A DNA stretch of 63,855 bases, filler included, from Olpidium bornovanus S191 (lineage: Eukaryota > Fungi > Olpidiomycota): NCBI GenBank assembly GCA_017911155.1. It is 30 parts of 30 records of this genome, joined end to end, with 100 filler letters (N's around TTAATTAATTAA, not from the genome) between each part and the next. Parts side by side here need not be neighbours in the genome. Positions count along the whole stretch, not along the records: positions 61,146 to 62,211 come from JAEFCI010001498.1; positions 62,312 to 63,855 come from JAEFCI010005667.1; 28 more parts are not named here. The stretch is one strand, 5' to 3'. Each line of letters begins with the position of its first letter. Positions within the stretch are counted from its first letter, which is position 1. The translations under genes and the position numbers were made by a program. Below, piece after piece: positions 62,041 through 63,855 of this stretch. Under the pieces are notes generated by a model, which saw nothing but the letters and a program-made list of their open reading frames with translations, had not been told where the DNA came from and did no database searches.

Positions 62041-62701
62041 AACAAAAAGAAAAGACGGGAGAGTGTCAGTCAGGCGCGTGACGTTCCCTGTTCGTGTTCA
62101 GTCACGGACAGTAAAGGAACATTCATTTTGAGCCCGGCAAGGCTCTCCTCCTTGCTGTCATTGGCTTCCATCATAGCAGCTACGGCAACGCCAAAGTAAA
62201 GCTGCCATGCCNNNNNNNNNNNNNNNNNNNNNNNNNNNNNNNNNNNNNNNNNNNNTTAATTAATTAANNNNNNNNNNNNNNNNNNNNNNNNNNNNNNNNN
62301 NNNNNNNNNNNCCCCCCCCACAGAGCGCCCCCCCCCCCCCCCCCCCTTTCCCGGCCCCCTTCCCTTGCCCAAACACGCGCAACAGAAAAAGGGCGCGAGA
62401 GGGTTACGGCGCGCGCGGCCGACCATTTCCGACCATCGTTTGCAAAAAAGGGAAATCCTCTGGGTGGAGAGCAGCTCGAGCCCCGCGATCCCACGTTGAA
62501 ACGCGAGGGATTCCGAACTGCCGCAAAAATGCGGCGGAAAATAAAATAAAATAAAATAAAAAAAAGTCGAGGTCGGCGCCGGACTCGCTCCGAGTCGGGA
62601 AAAAAAAGATCAAACTTTTTTCCCACTTCCTTTTTTTTCTTTTTTTTTTTTTTTTTTTTTTTTGGAAGGGGGGGGGGGCTTTCCGCCCCTCCCCCACTCC
62701 T

Positions 62702-63855
62702 CTAGCCGCTCAAATTCAGGACGTTGCACCTCCTGGCGGGCAGCTCCCCCTCGCGCATGCACTCCTTCCTCCTGGCGGCGACGAGGACCTCCTTGACGTA
62801 GGGCGGCGGCATCTGCCGGTCGACGTTCTCCAGCGCGACGCTCCGGGTGACGTAGGCCTTGGGCCCGCCCGCCGGCCGGAACACGCGGACCCGGGCCCAC
62901 GCGGCCCGCCGCCGCGCCTCCTCGGCGGCCTTCTGCTGATGCGCCTTGGACGGCGCCGGGTCCGGCTCATGGGCCGGGTACCTGTTGATCGTCCCGCCGA
63001 GCCCCGACTTGGGCGGGTTCGACGGCCGGAAGGGGACCAAGATCGGCAGCCGCGCCGGCTGCGCCGGCGTCGCGGGCGTCCGCGGCTTCCCGGCTGCGAT
63101 GTGGCGGGGGGGGCCAAAAAAAAAAACAATAAAAAAGAGAAAAGAAAGTGGGGGGGGGTGGGTGAGCGGCGGTGGAAGGGGGCCTGTTGGTTTGAAAATA
63201 CGAGAATTTGACGCGGTGGCTCGGGGGGCGGTGGGGCGGTGGGTGGGAGTGGGCGGAGTGGGCAGGGGGAAGGGGCGGAGGATGCACGCGACCCCGATTC
63301 GGACCGGACGCGGCGGTGCCAAAAAAAAACCACCAAAAAACAAAACAAAAGAAGAAAAAACAAAAACAAAACAAAAGAAAGAGGAAAAAAAAAAAAACAA
63401 AAAACAAAAAACAAAAGAAAGCGCGCGCGCCTGCCCCGCGCCTCGCCCCGCCCGCACCTTTGAACACGTTCGCGTCGAAAAATTCGATCTCCCTGCCGGC
63501 GGACACGAAGGGCTTCTCGTTCACGATGCGCTTTCGGTGGAGCTCTTTCTCCTCCTGGGTTTTTTCCGCCGAAACCGAGGAACACGTCGGGGGGAGGGGG
63601 AAGGGGGGGGGGGGGGGGGAAAGGGGAAGATGATGAAAAAAAAAAATAAAATAAAATAAAGAACGCGAACCGGGGGACCCGCCACACGGGGCGCGTACCA
63701 GCTCCAGTTGGTGCGCCGCGTCGTACGGGCTCGACATGTACTCCGGCGGCTCCCCGATGGTGACGTTGGGGTATCCGTACCCCGAGCCTCTCTTTCCGGG
63801 TTTGGTCACGAAGTTCCGGAGCGAATCGCGCGACTTCTCCTCCGGCCGGGTCTGC
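62702..63855 (-). CDS. CFAP96: Cilia- and flagella-associated protein 96 (C4orf47/UPF0602 family), 5'-partial
   Basis: NFVTKPGKRGSGYGYPNVTIG, PYDAA, FFDANVF, PFRPSNPPKSG..GTINRYP, FRPAGGPKAYVTRSV across three exons. Confidence 0.85.

Overview
This is not one continuous locus. It is 30 short (about 1-5 kb) contigs of a GC-rich, intron-containing eukaryotic genome, joined by 29 artificial 100-nt linkers (44 N + TTAATTAATTAA + 44 N), so adjacency across linkers carries no biological meaning. Gene content points to a flagellated (zoosporic) early-diverging fungus: fungal hallmarks (LYS2 reductase domain, KilA-N/ankyrin SBF/MBF factor, Kin1-type kinase region, Whi3/Scw1-type RRM protein) occur together with axonemal genes (CFAP100, CFAP96). 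An Olpidium-like lineage is my guess, not a demonstrated assignment. Most genes are partial housekeeping genes: cation/Ca2+ exchanger, DYS1, an SDR, DRE2, ORC6, an eIF4G MA3 domain, eIF1A, mitochondrial ACP, TIM13, SAD1, midasin, TBP, MUS81, a fused LKR-SDH (AASS-type) enzyme and EBP2. There is also one tRNA-His and a few degenerate transposon remnants. I found no CRISPR array, prophage or unambiguous new multi-gene system. The best leads are: (1) a duplicated, hairpin-rich element flanked by splice sites inside TBP intron 1, a candidate poison exon or intronic ncRNA; (2) an animal/plant-style LKR-SDH fusion in a genome that also has LYS2; (3) a recurrent extended E-box, GGGCG(G/A)TCACGTGAC, upstream of unrelated genes; (4) a 2.2-kb block made of six independent two-copy direct repeats; (5) strong enrichment of CATG at contig ends, probably technical. 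All protein identities come from my recognition of motifs in the translations; no database search was run.
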